From an uncultured Gemmatimonadales bacterium (lineage in GTDB: Bacteria > Gemmatimonadota > Gemmatimonadetes > Gemmatimonadales > Gemmatimonadaceae): 64,000 nt of DNA. Of the stretch, positions 39,703-48,476 are shown piece by piece. The notes beneath the pieces were generated by a model. The model was given only the letters and a program-made list of their open reading frames with translations, had not been told where the DNA came from and did no database searches. The stretch spans positions 928,001 through 992,000 of the forward strand of contig CAWBZV010000003.1 in the NCBI GenBank assembly GCA_963793305.1, read 5' to 3'. Each line of letters starts with the position of its first letter. Positions within the stretch are counted from its first letter, which is position 1. The position numbers were made by a program, and so were the translations under genes.

Positions 39703-40086
39703 GAGTATGTCGAACTGGATATCTCGCCGCGTAGGTCCAAAGTGCCGCCGGATGACGACGTGCTGGTCAACGTCGGCGTGCATTGCGACGGCTTTGCCGG
39801 CAACGCCTCACAGTGGGTGCTGGCCCGGGCCTGGGACGCGTTTGTCACCGAGCTCAGCGAGCTTGAGCGGACGCGTCGGGGTCAGGCGGTCCTGCAGAGC
39901 GATTTCGGCCATGCCTTTCTGCTGCGCCTCTTCTCGACCGATCAGGCTGGCCACATGGCCGCGACCGGGATGATCCGGTACATCAGAAGTCGGGAAGACG
40001 CCGGTGCGCTCGAGTTGTCATTCGGCCGCATCGAAATCGATCCGACGAGGTTGCCGGACCTGCTTCGCTTGGTCGAGCAGGCGTAG
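39682..40086 (+). CDS. WapI-like immunity family protein
   Basis: F..EL..L.....G.A.L....L.L...D.AGH....G......L.F..EIDPT.L pattern, recalled from WapI-family proteins. Confidence 0.55.
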   Translation: MRLGSAAEYVELDISPRRSKVPPDDDVLVNVGVHCDGFAGNASQWVLARAWDAFVTELSELERTRRGQAVLQSDFGHAFLLRLFSTDQAGHMAATGMIRYIRSREDAGALELSFGRIEIDPTRLPDLLRLVEQA

Positions 40087-40104
40087 CTCACTCATCATGA
40101 CTGA

Positions 40105-41298
40105 TTACGGCCGCGACGCCGAGTCGAGCACGGCGCCGGTCGCGAGGTTGAGGCGAATCGTGACGTTGGTCGTCTGCCCGGTCGCAATGGTGAAACGCCG
40201 CGCCGACTTCCTTGGCACGTGCCACATTGGGTCGCCGTTCGGGAAATCCCTAAGCAGAACGGTGTAACCGCCGGGCGGCAGTTCTATCGTATCACCCCAC
40301 CCGTCGGCCGTGGCGTGCGTATGGTATGCCGACTTCTCCGACGAATCAGGAAGCTCCAATGCGTGGGTCGCCACGATGTAGCGGTGCGACGATGCTTCCC
40401 ACACGCGCACCCGGGCTTTCCCCCAGGTGCTCCGATCCTGGGGCGGCGGCGGTGGAGGCGGTAGTGGCTCATGCAACTCGGGCGTGGTGCGGCTCGTGCG
40501 GTGCATGCTGAGACGACCGGAGGCCGCCGGGCCGTACGCTTGCTCATACCACCAACCGGTGATCGAGTCGCCCGCGATCTTCCCGTGCACGACGATGCTC
40601 CCATGCGAGATGTTCGGAATCAGCTTCAACTCGATGGTGTCACCCGGGAATGCGGTGCCCACGACGTTGCGGAGGAACGAGGCTTCGCCGTTCGGCGTAA
40701 CCGTCGTCGAGACCAGCTCCGGAACCTCCGTGCCGAGGAACGGCGTCAAGTCGATGTCGAACCGGCCGGACTCCATCTGTACGGTGTCGTCGGGAGGATT
40801 GACGAAAAACGGCAACGGGTTCGCGATCGTCGTGCCAAAGAGCATCGTCCCGCTGACAATGTAGGCAGTCGGTTTTACGCCAGGCTGCTGGTGCACGAGC
40901 GTGAGCCTCACGGTCCATTGCCCGGCAAGTCGGCAACACGGCGCGGGCGACCGGTGGAGCGTGAAGTCAACTACTGTGGTCTTGTGGTCGTGGAGCTCGA
41001 CCTGGTGCTTCGCGACATCGTAGTCGTTGCGCGACGCGGAAAGCGAGAGGATGCCAGCGTGCGCGAACATCGCGAACGCGCCCGTCGAGTCAGTATGCGC
41101 AAAATCCCTGTACTCGTCAGTCTCTCGGATTTCTGCGAGGACGACTGGGCGATGGGTGGTGGCGTCGATGACGTGGCCGATGACGCACGGCGGGGTCGTG
41201 TCATCCCAGTCGTGCCGCGCACACGGCACGCCCTGGCCCATCGCTCGAGCGGCGACAAGAGCCAGCGCGGCGATCGGCAAGATACGACAGGCCGTCAT
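40105..41298 (-). CDS. Exported protein with carboxypeptidase-regulatory-like domain
   Basis: Signal; IGHVIDATTHRPV..AEI..HTDSTGAF..VDFTL; ATGA-coupled to the AraC gene. Confidence 0.7.
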   Translation of the reverse strand: MTACRILPIAALALVAARAMGQGVPCARHDWDDTTPPCVIGHVIDATTHRPVVLAEIRETDEYRDFAHTDSTGAFAMFAHAGILSLSASRNDYDVAKHQVELHDHKTTVVDFTLHRSPAPCCRLAGQWTVRLTLVHQQPGVKPTAYIVSGTMLFGTTIANPLPFFVNPPDDTVQMESGRFDIDLTPFLGTEVPELVSTTVTPNGEASFLRNVVGTAFPGDTIELKLIPNISHGSIVVHGKIAGDSITGWWYEQAYGPAASGRLSMHRTSRTTPELHEPLPPPPPPPQDRSTWGKARVRVWEASSHRYIVATHALELPDSSEKSAYHTHATADGWGDTIELPPGGYTVLLRDFPNGDPMWHVPRKSARRFTIATGQTTNVTIRLNLATGAVLDSASRP

Positions 41299-42253
41299 GC
41301 CCCCAGGTGGCGGCGAGGCGTCGAGCCCAAAGTGCGGGCGAATGCGCGCCGCATGAGATCGGCGCTCGAGAAGCCGCATGCCGCGGCGACCTGATCGAGC
41401 CCCTTGCCACTGCGCTCGATCATCCGCTGCGCCGCCTCGACGCGCACCTGCCGCACGTATCGAGCGGGCGACATGCCGACCTCTCGCGCGAACACGCGCT
41501 CGAAATTCCGCACGCTCATCGCGACGCGCTCGGCCAGACGCTGCACCGAAAGCTCCCGGTGGAGATTCTCGGCGATCCAAACTCGCAACTCCTGCATCGA
41601 CTGCATCTCATCGGCCTGCGCGGCGAGTGAGACGCTGAGCTGCGCTTGGCTCGCGGGCCGGCGGAGAAAGAGGACCAGCTCGCGGGCCACTTCGGTGGCG
41701 ATCGCGTTGCCGCAGTCCTCCTCGACCCACGCGAGCGCCAGGTCGATGCCCGCCGACAAGCCTGCCGACGTGTAGAGATTGCCGTCTTTCACCCACACCG
41801 GCGCGGACACGACGTTCACTTTCGGATACCGCTTGTTCAATTCCTGGCTGAATTTCCAATGCGACGTCGCGCGTCGCCCGTCGAGCAGGCCCGCCTCGGC
41901 CAAGAGAAACGAGCCGACGCACACCGATCCCAAGCGGCGCACGATCGGCGCCACACGCCGGAGCCACGCGAAGAGTCCTGGGTCACGAACGTCGCGCGTG
42001 CCAAGGCACCGCACACGAGCAACACCGTATCGAAGCTCCCCGTCAGCGCGTCGTAGCGGCCCTGGGCCAGAAACGAGAGCAGACCTCCCTCGCCAGCGAC
42101 CGTGAGGTCTGACCCATTCGTGGCAATCTCGACGTTGTACACCGGCTGGCTCGCGAGCCGATTGGCGGCGGCGAAAACTTGAATTGGCCCGACCAGGTCG
42201 AGCTCCTCGACCGGAGGGACAACGAGGACGATCACGCGCCGCTTCGCCGCCAT
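41295..42253 (-). CDS. GlxA-family (DJ-1 + AraC) transcriptional regulator; frameshift near 42005
   Basis: LDLVGPIQVF, SVCVGSFLLAEAGLLDGRRATSHW, TSAG, C-terminal double HTH. Confidence 0.92.
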
Positions 42254-42339
42254 CGGAGTAACTATGCTGCAAGAAGACTTGGCGGGGAAGGTCTGGACCT
42301 TGGCGGAAAAAGTCGGCGCGCGAGAACTATGCTCAGCGC

Positions 42340-43047
42340 ATGAAGATGATCCGTACGGCGATGCTGCTCGCCGCGGCGTTCCCGGCCCTGTTGGCCGCGC
42401 AAACCGACCAGGCGTCCGGCCCGTACGCGCGCATCGCGACCATGCGTGCGCTGGACGGCCACGGGTGGGAATTGGAGCAGGGATATCTCCGGCACCTCGA
42501 TTGGCACCGGGGGGCCAAGGACACGTATGGCTGGTATAGCTACTCGTTCTGGGCATCCAACGACCGGCAGCGTTGGATCATGTACGCGACGTTCGGCCAC
42601 ACCGCGGCCAGCCTGAGCAACCCGGTCTCACCGGCCGAAGACGAGCAGAACAACGTGCTCAACGTGCTGCCCCACGCCCAGTTCATGAACAACGGGGTCT
42701 ACGAGTTCCTGCCGGCGCTCTCGCGCGGCAATGGTGTGCCGACTCCGACGCCTCGCGCCGAGTACACGACGGTCGTGCTCGTCTATGGCGCGGGCAAGCC
42801 GTTCGAGGCCGCGCTCGCGCTGGAGCAGCCCAAGCTGCGCGGAGAGACGCTGTGGTATCGCATGGTCCTGGGCGGCGATACCCCGAGCTACGTCCGCATT
42901 CGTCCGCGCGAGAACCTGGGCGCCATTCTCGACGAGCGCGCTGATCAGGCGCTCCCCGACAAGGTGACCGGCTTGGTCATGAAGATGACCGTCGAGACGC
43001 TCAATCTGCGGCCGAACATGTTGGTCAACGTCACGCCCGAGCGTTAG
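42340..43047 (+). CDS. Exported uncharacterised protein, paralog 1 (H-x-x-W-H)
   Basis: Signal peptide; RHLDWHR, YATFGHTAASL, YEFLPALSRG, ETLWYRMV. Confidence 0.8.
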   Translation: MKMIRTAMLLAAAFPALLAAQTDQASGPYARIATMRALDGHGWELEQGYLRHLDWHRGAKDTYGWYSYSFWASNDRQRWIMYATFGHTAASLSNPVSPAEDEQNNVLNVLPHAQFMNNGVYEFLPALSRGNGVPTPTPRAEYTTVVLVYGAGKPFEAALALEQPKLRGETLWYRMVLGGDTPSYVRIRPRENLGAILDERADQALPDKVTGLVMKMTVETLNLRPNMLVNVTPER

Positions 43048-43693
43048 ATGCCGTACGGCCCCTACGCCCGTATCTCGATCCTCCGTCCCCATGACGGCGA
43101 CACGGTCGACTTCGAAGCCGGTTCCGTCCGGCACATCGAGTGGCATCGGCAAGCCAAGGACACGTGGCCTTGGTATGTGTACTCGGTCTGGGCATCAACC
43201 GAGCGGCAACGCTGGGTCATGTACGCGACGTTCGGACATACGGCCGCCAGCTTGAACAACCCGGTGTCGCCGGTCGAGGACGAAAAGGACAACATCTTGA
43301 ACATCCAGCGGCACGCCCAATTCCAGGGCAACTGGGTGTATGAGTTTCTGCCGGCGGCCTCGCGCGGGAATGGCGTGCCGACGCCGACGCTTCGCGCCGA
43401 GTACACCACGGTGGTGCTCAACTCGGGCGCGGGCGATGCATTCGAGGCGGCACTCGCGCTGCAGCAGCTCACGCAGCAGAAAGAGACGCTCTGGTATCGC
43501 ATGGTCGTGGGCGGGAATGTCCCGTGCTATGTGCGCCTGCGCCCGCGCGCGAGCCTGGCGGCGATTCTCGATGAGCGCGAGGATCAGGCCCTTCCGGGCA
43601 CCAGCAGGGGCTTGGTCGCGAAAGTGACCGTCGAGACGCTCAACCTGCGGCCCAACATGTTGGTCAAACGTCACGCCCGAGGGACAGCCATGA
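43048..43693 (+). CDS. Uncharacterised protein, paralog 2 (no signal peptide); +1 A near 43667 hides its stop
   Basis: RHIEWHR, YATFGHTAASL; alignment to paralog 1 (GTC AAC GTC ACG CCC GAG) shows an extra A. Confidence 0.75.
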
Positions 43694-44382
43694 AGCGTGT
43701 GTTGCTCGTGATCCTCGCTGCCATTGTCCCCTCGGTGGCTTCTGCCCAAACGGGCAAGGGCCCGTTCACGCTCATCGGTGTGCTGCGCCGGCTGGAGGGA
43801 CGCGACTTCGAATTTGATGCGGCGATCGCGCGCCACTGGCAATGGCATCGGGATCACCACGACCCGTACGTGTGGTACACCTGGGACATTCGCTTCAGTG
43901 ATGAGAGAATCGGCGGCCTGATGTTCGCGAGCTTCAATCACTCGGCCGGCAGCCTGGACAGCGCAGTGGCACCCGCGGAGGACTGGGCCGACTGGCGCGT
44001 GACTGGTGCACCGGTCAGCGAGTTCACGAACCTCGAGACCTATCGGTACCTGCCGGAGCTCTCGCGTGGTACGGGCGATCCTGGCCCGGCCGTCTTGTTG
44101 GAGTTCATGACGGTGGACGTGCCACCGGCGGCAGCGAGCGCCTTCGAGGCCAAGCTCAAAGCGGGACAGCCTTCGTTGAAAGGGGAGACCCTCTGGTACC
44201 GGTTGGTGACCGGTGGCTCTATGACTCGGTATCTCTGCCTGCGTCCTCAGTCGAGACTATCAACGGTGATCGAGGGTGGCTCCGACGACCAAGCGCTCGC
44301 ACAGGCGACAGCATTGGCCACTCGCATCACCATGGAGCTCTTGATATCGGAGCCAAGTTTAACGATCGACGCCGGTCGCTAA
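43690..44382 (+). CDS. Exported uncharacterised protein, paralog 3
   Basis: Own signal peptide MKRVLLVILAAIVPSVASA; RHWQWHR, ASFNHSAGSL, YLPELSRG, ETLWYRLV. Confidence 0.78.
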   Translation: MKRVLLVILAAIVPSVASAQTGKGPFTLIGVLRRLEGRDFEFDAAIARHWQWHRDHHDPYVWYTWDIRFSDERIGGLMFASFNHSAGSLDSAVAPAEDWADWRVTGAPVSEFTNLETYRYLPELSRGTGDPGPAVLLEFMTVDVPPAAASAFEAKLKAGQPSLKGETLWYRLVTGGSMTRYLCLRPQSRLSTVIEGGSDDQALAQATALATRITMELLISEPSLTIDAGR

Positions 44383-44843
44383 TTAGGGCGTACGGCGATC
44401 ATGTCGATTTCTACCAGAGCGCCGCGAGATGCGGCGGGCAGAACCACCTGCAACGTCGTACGGGCGGGCTTGTTCGGTTGGTCCTTGGTACCGAAGAACT
44501 GAGTATATCCGGCCGTCAATCCGGCAAAGTCCGGCTTGCCGAGGTACACACGCATCATCGCCACATTGCCCATCGTCAGTTTCTGCGATTCGAGGAGCTT
44601 TTGCATGTCCTTGAGGATGCCCACGGTTTGTGACTTGGTATCCGTGTCTGCCTTCATGTCCGGGTCGAGCCATCCACTCACATACAGCGTGTTGCCGGCC
44701 CATGTGGCGCCCGAAACTGGAAGGTCAGCACCCGTGGGGTTTTGACTCGGCGGCAGTGGAATTTGTTTGATCGCCTGCGCTGACGCGCTGACACTGAAGC
44801 AAATGGTCATCGCGAGCGCGGCGAGAGGCCGTCCAAACGTCAT
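44379..44843 (-). CDS. RidA/YjgF family protein with signal peptide
   Basis: LYVSG, KPARTTLQV, LVEIDMIA. Confidence 0.88.
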   Translation of the reverse strand: MTFGRPLAALAMTICFSVSASAQAIKQIPLPPSQNPTGADLPVSGATWAGNTLYVSGWLDPDMKADTDTKSQTVGILKDMQKLLESQKLTMGNVAMMRVYLGKPDFAGLTAGYTQFFGTKDQPNKPARTTLQVVLPAASRGALVEIDMIAVRPN

Positions 44844-45475
44844 TGCTGTTCTCCGTGGATTGTGAGGCGAAGGTGTTCAATAAGAGCTCGTCCGGCCTCG
44901 CGCACATGCGACCCGAGCAGCTTGCGGGCGCTCTTCCGGTCGCCGCGCTCGATCGCGTCGAGAATTAAGCGATGCTCGTTGTCCGAGCGCGGCTGCCAGT
45001 CGAGATGCTTCCAGGTCGCGAACAGAAAGCGCGCCGTGCTCTGATGCAGGTCGCCAATTGCCGCCGTGAGCCGCGGCATGCCGCACGGAGAAGTGATCGC
45101 GAGATGGAATCTCCGGTTGGCGGCTTCCCACACGGCGATCTGGTCGCTGGCTTCGCCCTCCACGAGGGCCTGGTGTGCGAGATCGAGATCCGCGCGACCA
45201 AGACGGGGCAGGGCATGATGCAACGCGAGCCCCTCCAGCGCCGCGCGCATTTCCGTCACCTCGAGGACCAGGCCGGGATCGAGCGGTGAGACCCGCACGC
45301 CGCAGCGCGGCTTGCTGATGATGAGCCCCTGGGATTCGAGCTTCCGGAATGCCTCGCGGACCGGGATATGGCTGGTTTGAAACTCCTCGGCGACGTGGTC
45401 CTGCATCAGCCGCGTTCCGGGGGCGAGCTCGCCGCTGACAATCCGCTCGGCCAGTGCCGCCGCCAGATCGATCAT
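44840..45475 (-). CDS. GntR (FadR/FCD) transcriptional regulator
   Basis: GELAPGTRL..HVAEEFQTSHIPVREAF; ANRRFHLAI; EH..I. Confidence 0.93.
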   Translation of the reverse strand: MIDLAAALAERIVSGELAPGTRLMQDHVAEEFQTSHIPVREAFRKLESQGLIISKPRCGVRVSPLDPGLVLEVTEMRAALEGLALHHALPRLGRADLDLAHQALVEGEASDQIAVWEAANRRFHLAITSPCGMPRLTAAIGDLHQSTARFLFATWKHLDWQPRSDNEHRLILDAIERGDRKSARKLLGSHVREAGRALIEHLRLTIHGEQQ

Positions 45476-45490
45476 ATATTATATATTATG
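45473..45490. promoter_or_regulatory. Bidirectional leaderless promoter / GntR site
   Basis: CAT-ATATTATATATT-ATG; a TANNNT hexamer lies 7 nt before each ATG on both strands. Confidence 0.6.
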
Positions 45491-46651
45491 CGCAACCGGC
45501 CCGATCGCGTCAAGCAGCTCGGTGGGATTGGCGTCGATCGAATGGGATCGATCGCCGACGCCTCCGGGGCGGACTTCCTCCGGCTCGAGAATCTGGACGT
45601 CGATATTCCGCCGGACGCCGAGGCCGTCCTACGCACGCAGCGCGCGGCCAGCATCGACGCCGACAACAGCTATCTGCCGTTCATAGGGCAGCGCCGGCTT
45701 CGGGACGTAGCGGCCCGTCACGTCTCGCGGACGTCAGGCGTCGCCTACTCCGGAGAGCGCAACTGCGTAATCTCGGCCGGCGGCACCTCGGGCATTCTCA
45801 ACGTCCTGCTGGCGACGATCGAGGTCGGCGACGAAGTGATCGTCACTGATCCGACCTACGCTGGCCTCATCAATAGAATACGGCTGGCGGGCGCCATTCC
45901 GCGGTTCGCTTCATTTCAGTTCACGGCCGGAGGCCGGTGGACGCTCGATCGTGATGCGATGCGTCGCGCGGTGGGGAAGAAGACGCGCGCCATGCTGCTC
46001 ATGTCGCCATCAATGCCGTCAGGCGCATGCCTCGACGACGAGGACTGGGCGCTCATCGCCGAGCAGTGCGTCGCCAATGACCTGCTGCTCATCCTCGACG
46101 CCGCGATGGAGCGTCTCGTGTTCGACGCCCGTCCAGTCATCCACCCGGCGGCTCTTGCCGGCATGGCCTCGCGAACGATCACCGTCGGTTCGTCGGCCAA
46201 GGAGCTGCGCATGATCGGATGGCGCGTGGGCTGGATCGTCGGGCCCGAAGCGCTCATGCCCGACATTGCCGCCGTGTCGCTCGCCAATGTGGTCGTGCCG
46301 GTCGGCATCGCGCAGGATGCGGTCGCGACGGCGTTGGAAAATTCCTACGCCTCGATCGGCGGATATATCACCGAGCTCCAGTCGCGGCGCGACACCGTCA
46401 TGAACCAGCTCGAGGGCCTTCCGTTCGGTGCGCCCGATGGCGGCTGGTCGCTGCTCCTGCGCGCGTCCGATTTCCGTCTCGATGGCGAGACGATGTCGCG
46501 CCGACTGCTTGGATTTGGCGTGTGCGCGACCGCGATGACGGGCTGGGGCGAGACGCACGGCGCGCAATACATCCGCTTCGTCTTCGCCAACGAGCCCGTT
46601 CATCGTCTGGCGTTGCTTGGTGAGCGCGTGCGCAAGGCGCTTTCCATTTAA
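45488..46651 (+). CDS. PLP-dependent aminotransferase class I/II
   Basis: DPTYAG, SPSMPSG, LILDAAME, GSSAKELRMIGWRVGW, YIRF. Confidence 0.92.
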   Translation: MRNRPDRVKQLGGIGVDRMGSIADASGADFLRLENLDVDIPPDAEAVLRTQRAASIDADNSYLPFIGQRRLRDVAARHVSRTSGVAYSGERNCVISAGGTSGILNVLLATIEVGDEVIVTDPTYAGLINRIRLAGAIPRFASFQFTAGGRWTLDRDAMRRAVGKKTRAMLLMSPSMPSGACLDDEDWALIAEQCVANDLLLILDAAMERLVFDARPVIHPAALAGMASRTITVGSSAKELRMIGWRVGWIVGPEALMPDIAAVSLANVVVPVGIAQDAVATALENSYASIGGYITELQSRRDTVMNQLEGLPFGAPDGGWSLLLRASDFRLDGETMSRRLLGFGVCATAMTGWGETHGAQYIRFVFANEPVHRLALLGERVRKALSI

Positions 46652-47532
46652 GGCACGTGCAGGATAGAATGAATCTTCTGCTTCGCCTTATCGACCGCGG
46701 CGCTGGCCGCGTCGCTGGCCACGCCGGCGAGGGGCGATCCGTTCGAGCCCGTGGTCGGGGTCGCGCCCGACTGCTTGAGGCTGTCGTTGAGCGCTGACGC
46801 GAGCTTCGAGAGCGTATCTGTCGGCATAACGATCTTTTGGTAGCCCGCGGGAATCTCGAACACGCTCGCGGCGATGCTGGCGCGCTTGATGTCACTGATG
46901 CGCCCGGTCATTGTCATCTCCTGCTTATCGCTGGTGACATGCATGACCATGAGCAGCGGCACCCCGTTGTACATCTGCGCATAGGCCGCCTCGAGCTTCG
47001 CCGTATAGTCGGCGGCCGAAGGGGACGAGCTCGACTGGCGGCCCATGCTCTTCATGAACGGATTCAAGTCGTCTTTGAAGGCCGGAGCGAAGTAGAAATC
47101 CTCGACCGCGTGCGACTTGGTCGTGTTATGGACGATCATCATACTCATGGTCTGGGTATGGTCGTCCGTTAGCCGCCAATGCTGAGTCGCATACCCGTCG
47201 ATCGTGCTATCGGGTGAGACGCGCTGGACGTTGATCGCGACGCCGGAATAGTCTATCTGCGCGATACCGCTCAGGCTCTTCTGCAGCGACCCGTAATCCA
47301 TTTGATAGTACGTTCGCTTGGCCGTATCGACCACGGTCACGGATGTCACGCCGCGCGTGATCAGGTAGTACATCCCAGGATAGTCCATCCGCGCGTGGTC
47401 TCCCGCGATCTGGGCCTTGGCGACCAACGCCTGCGTCGGACCACCCGACCAGGTCATGGTATACGTCATCCCAATGGCGGCGCCGAGCTGGAGCAGGAAC
47501 ATGACGGTCCTCGTGGAAAGGGGCACGCGCAC
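46648..47532 (-). CDS. Exported DUF4412-like protein
   Basis: DHARMD..VVDTAKRTYYQM, TIDGYATQHW, SVFEIPAGYQK; the start may be 47502. Confidence 0.65.
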   Translation of the reverse strand: MRVPLSTRTVMFLLQLGAAIGMTYTMTWSGGPTQALVAKAQIAGDHARMDYPGMYYLITRGVTSVTVVDTAKRTYYQMDYGSLQKSLSGIAQIDYSGVAINVQRVSPDSTIDGYATQHWRLTDDHTQTMSMMIVHNTTKSHAVEDFYFAPAFKDDLNPFMKSMGRQSSSSPSAADYTAKLEAAYAQMYNGVPLLMVMHVTSDKQEMTMTGRISDIKRASIAASVFEIPAGYQKIVMPTDTLSKLASALNDSLKQSGATPTTGSNGSPLAGVASDAASAAVDKAKQKIHSILHVP

Positions 47533-47587
47533 CCTAGCCCGAGGCCGTCGCCTGTCCGTCTGCTAATCGTCTGTTAGAGGTCTGCCG

Positions 47588-48469
47588 TCAGAGTTTCTTG
47601 AGATGGATGTCACCGTCGCTGGAATCAATGTCCAGCCGCGCGACACCGTTCGTCCCGAGGGTGGCGCGGATGTGCCGGGGATCCACACGCCCGGAGATGG
47701 GCAGCGACACCTCGCTATCGATCTTGCCGTCGCTCGTGCGCGCATCAAGATCGCCGGCAAAGGTCGCCGGCAGATAAACGGTCACGGCGCCGTTGCCCGT
47801 ATGCACCTTGGTCCGCTGTGCCGTGTCGACGGCGGCCAGCCGTACCTCGACATCGCCGTCGGCCGTCGAGGCCTCGATCGACCCCGTGGCATTCGTCACG
47901 AACACTCGGCCGTCGCCCGAGCGCGCGTACACGGAACCGAGAATGGTGTCGATCCGGATCTTCCCGTCGCTCGTGTGCGCATGTATCGCGCCGCTGGATT
48001 CCGCGATGCGAATGTCCCCATCGCCACTCTCGGCGGTGACACCCGCTCCGGCGCCACGGATCTCGATGGCGCCATCGCTCGTGTGGGTAAACAACATTGC
48101 TCCCGGCGGAAGCGCTACCGTAAGATCGGCCGATGACTGGTGCACGCCCGGCACGGGAATATAGAAGTGCCCATGCACGCCATCGATGGCGCATCGGCTG
48201 CCACGCCGGAAGACGCAGATCGTGACATCGGCACCCTCGGTCACGGCCTGGAATACCTGTCCGCCGTGGCGACGTTCACCGTGTACGGTCAGTTGGTGAT
48301 CGGCTGACGCCGTGACGCGAACGTCGCCATCCCCGACATCGAGCCGGACCGTCGCGCCGGGTGCCACCGTACCGTTCCAGTCGAACGTGGGCGCATCGAC
48401 CGGCTCCTGGGCGCCGCCGATCGAGGCAGCTAGCGCCATCGCCGCGGTAACGGTTGCGATTCGTCTCAT
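47588..48469 (-). CDS. DUF4097 beta-strand repeat (putative adhesin) protein
   Basis: Signal; repeated T/S-x-D-G-x-I units. Confidence 0.85.
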   Translation of the reverse strand: MRRIATVTAAMALAASIGGAQEPVDAPTFDWNGTVAPGATVRLDVGDGDVRVTASADHQLTVHGERRHGGQVFQAVTEGADVTICVFRRGSRCAIDGVHGHFYIPVPGVHQSSADLTVALPPGAMLFTHTSDGAIEIRGAGAGVTAESGDGDIRIAESSGAIHAHTSDGKIRIDTILGSVYARSGDGRVFVTNATGSIEASTADGDVEVRLAAVDTAQRTKVHTGNGAVTVYLPATFAGDLDARTSDGKIDSEVSLPISGRVDPRHIRATLGTNGVARLDIDSSDGDIHLKKL

Positions 48470-48476
48470 AAGATTG

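Noticed and set aside
43048..44382. 444-aa two-domain fusion protein
   Set aside because: An extra A near 43667 relative to paralog 1, plus an internal signal peptide with ATGA coupling at 43690, indicate two genes.
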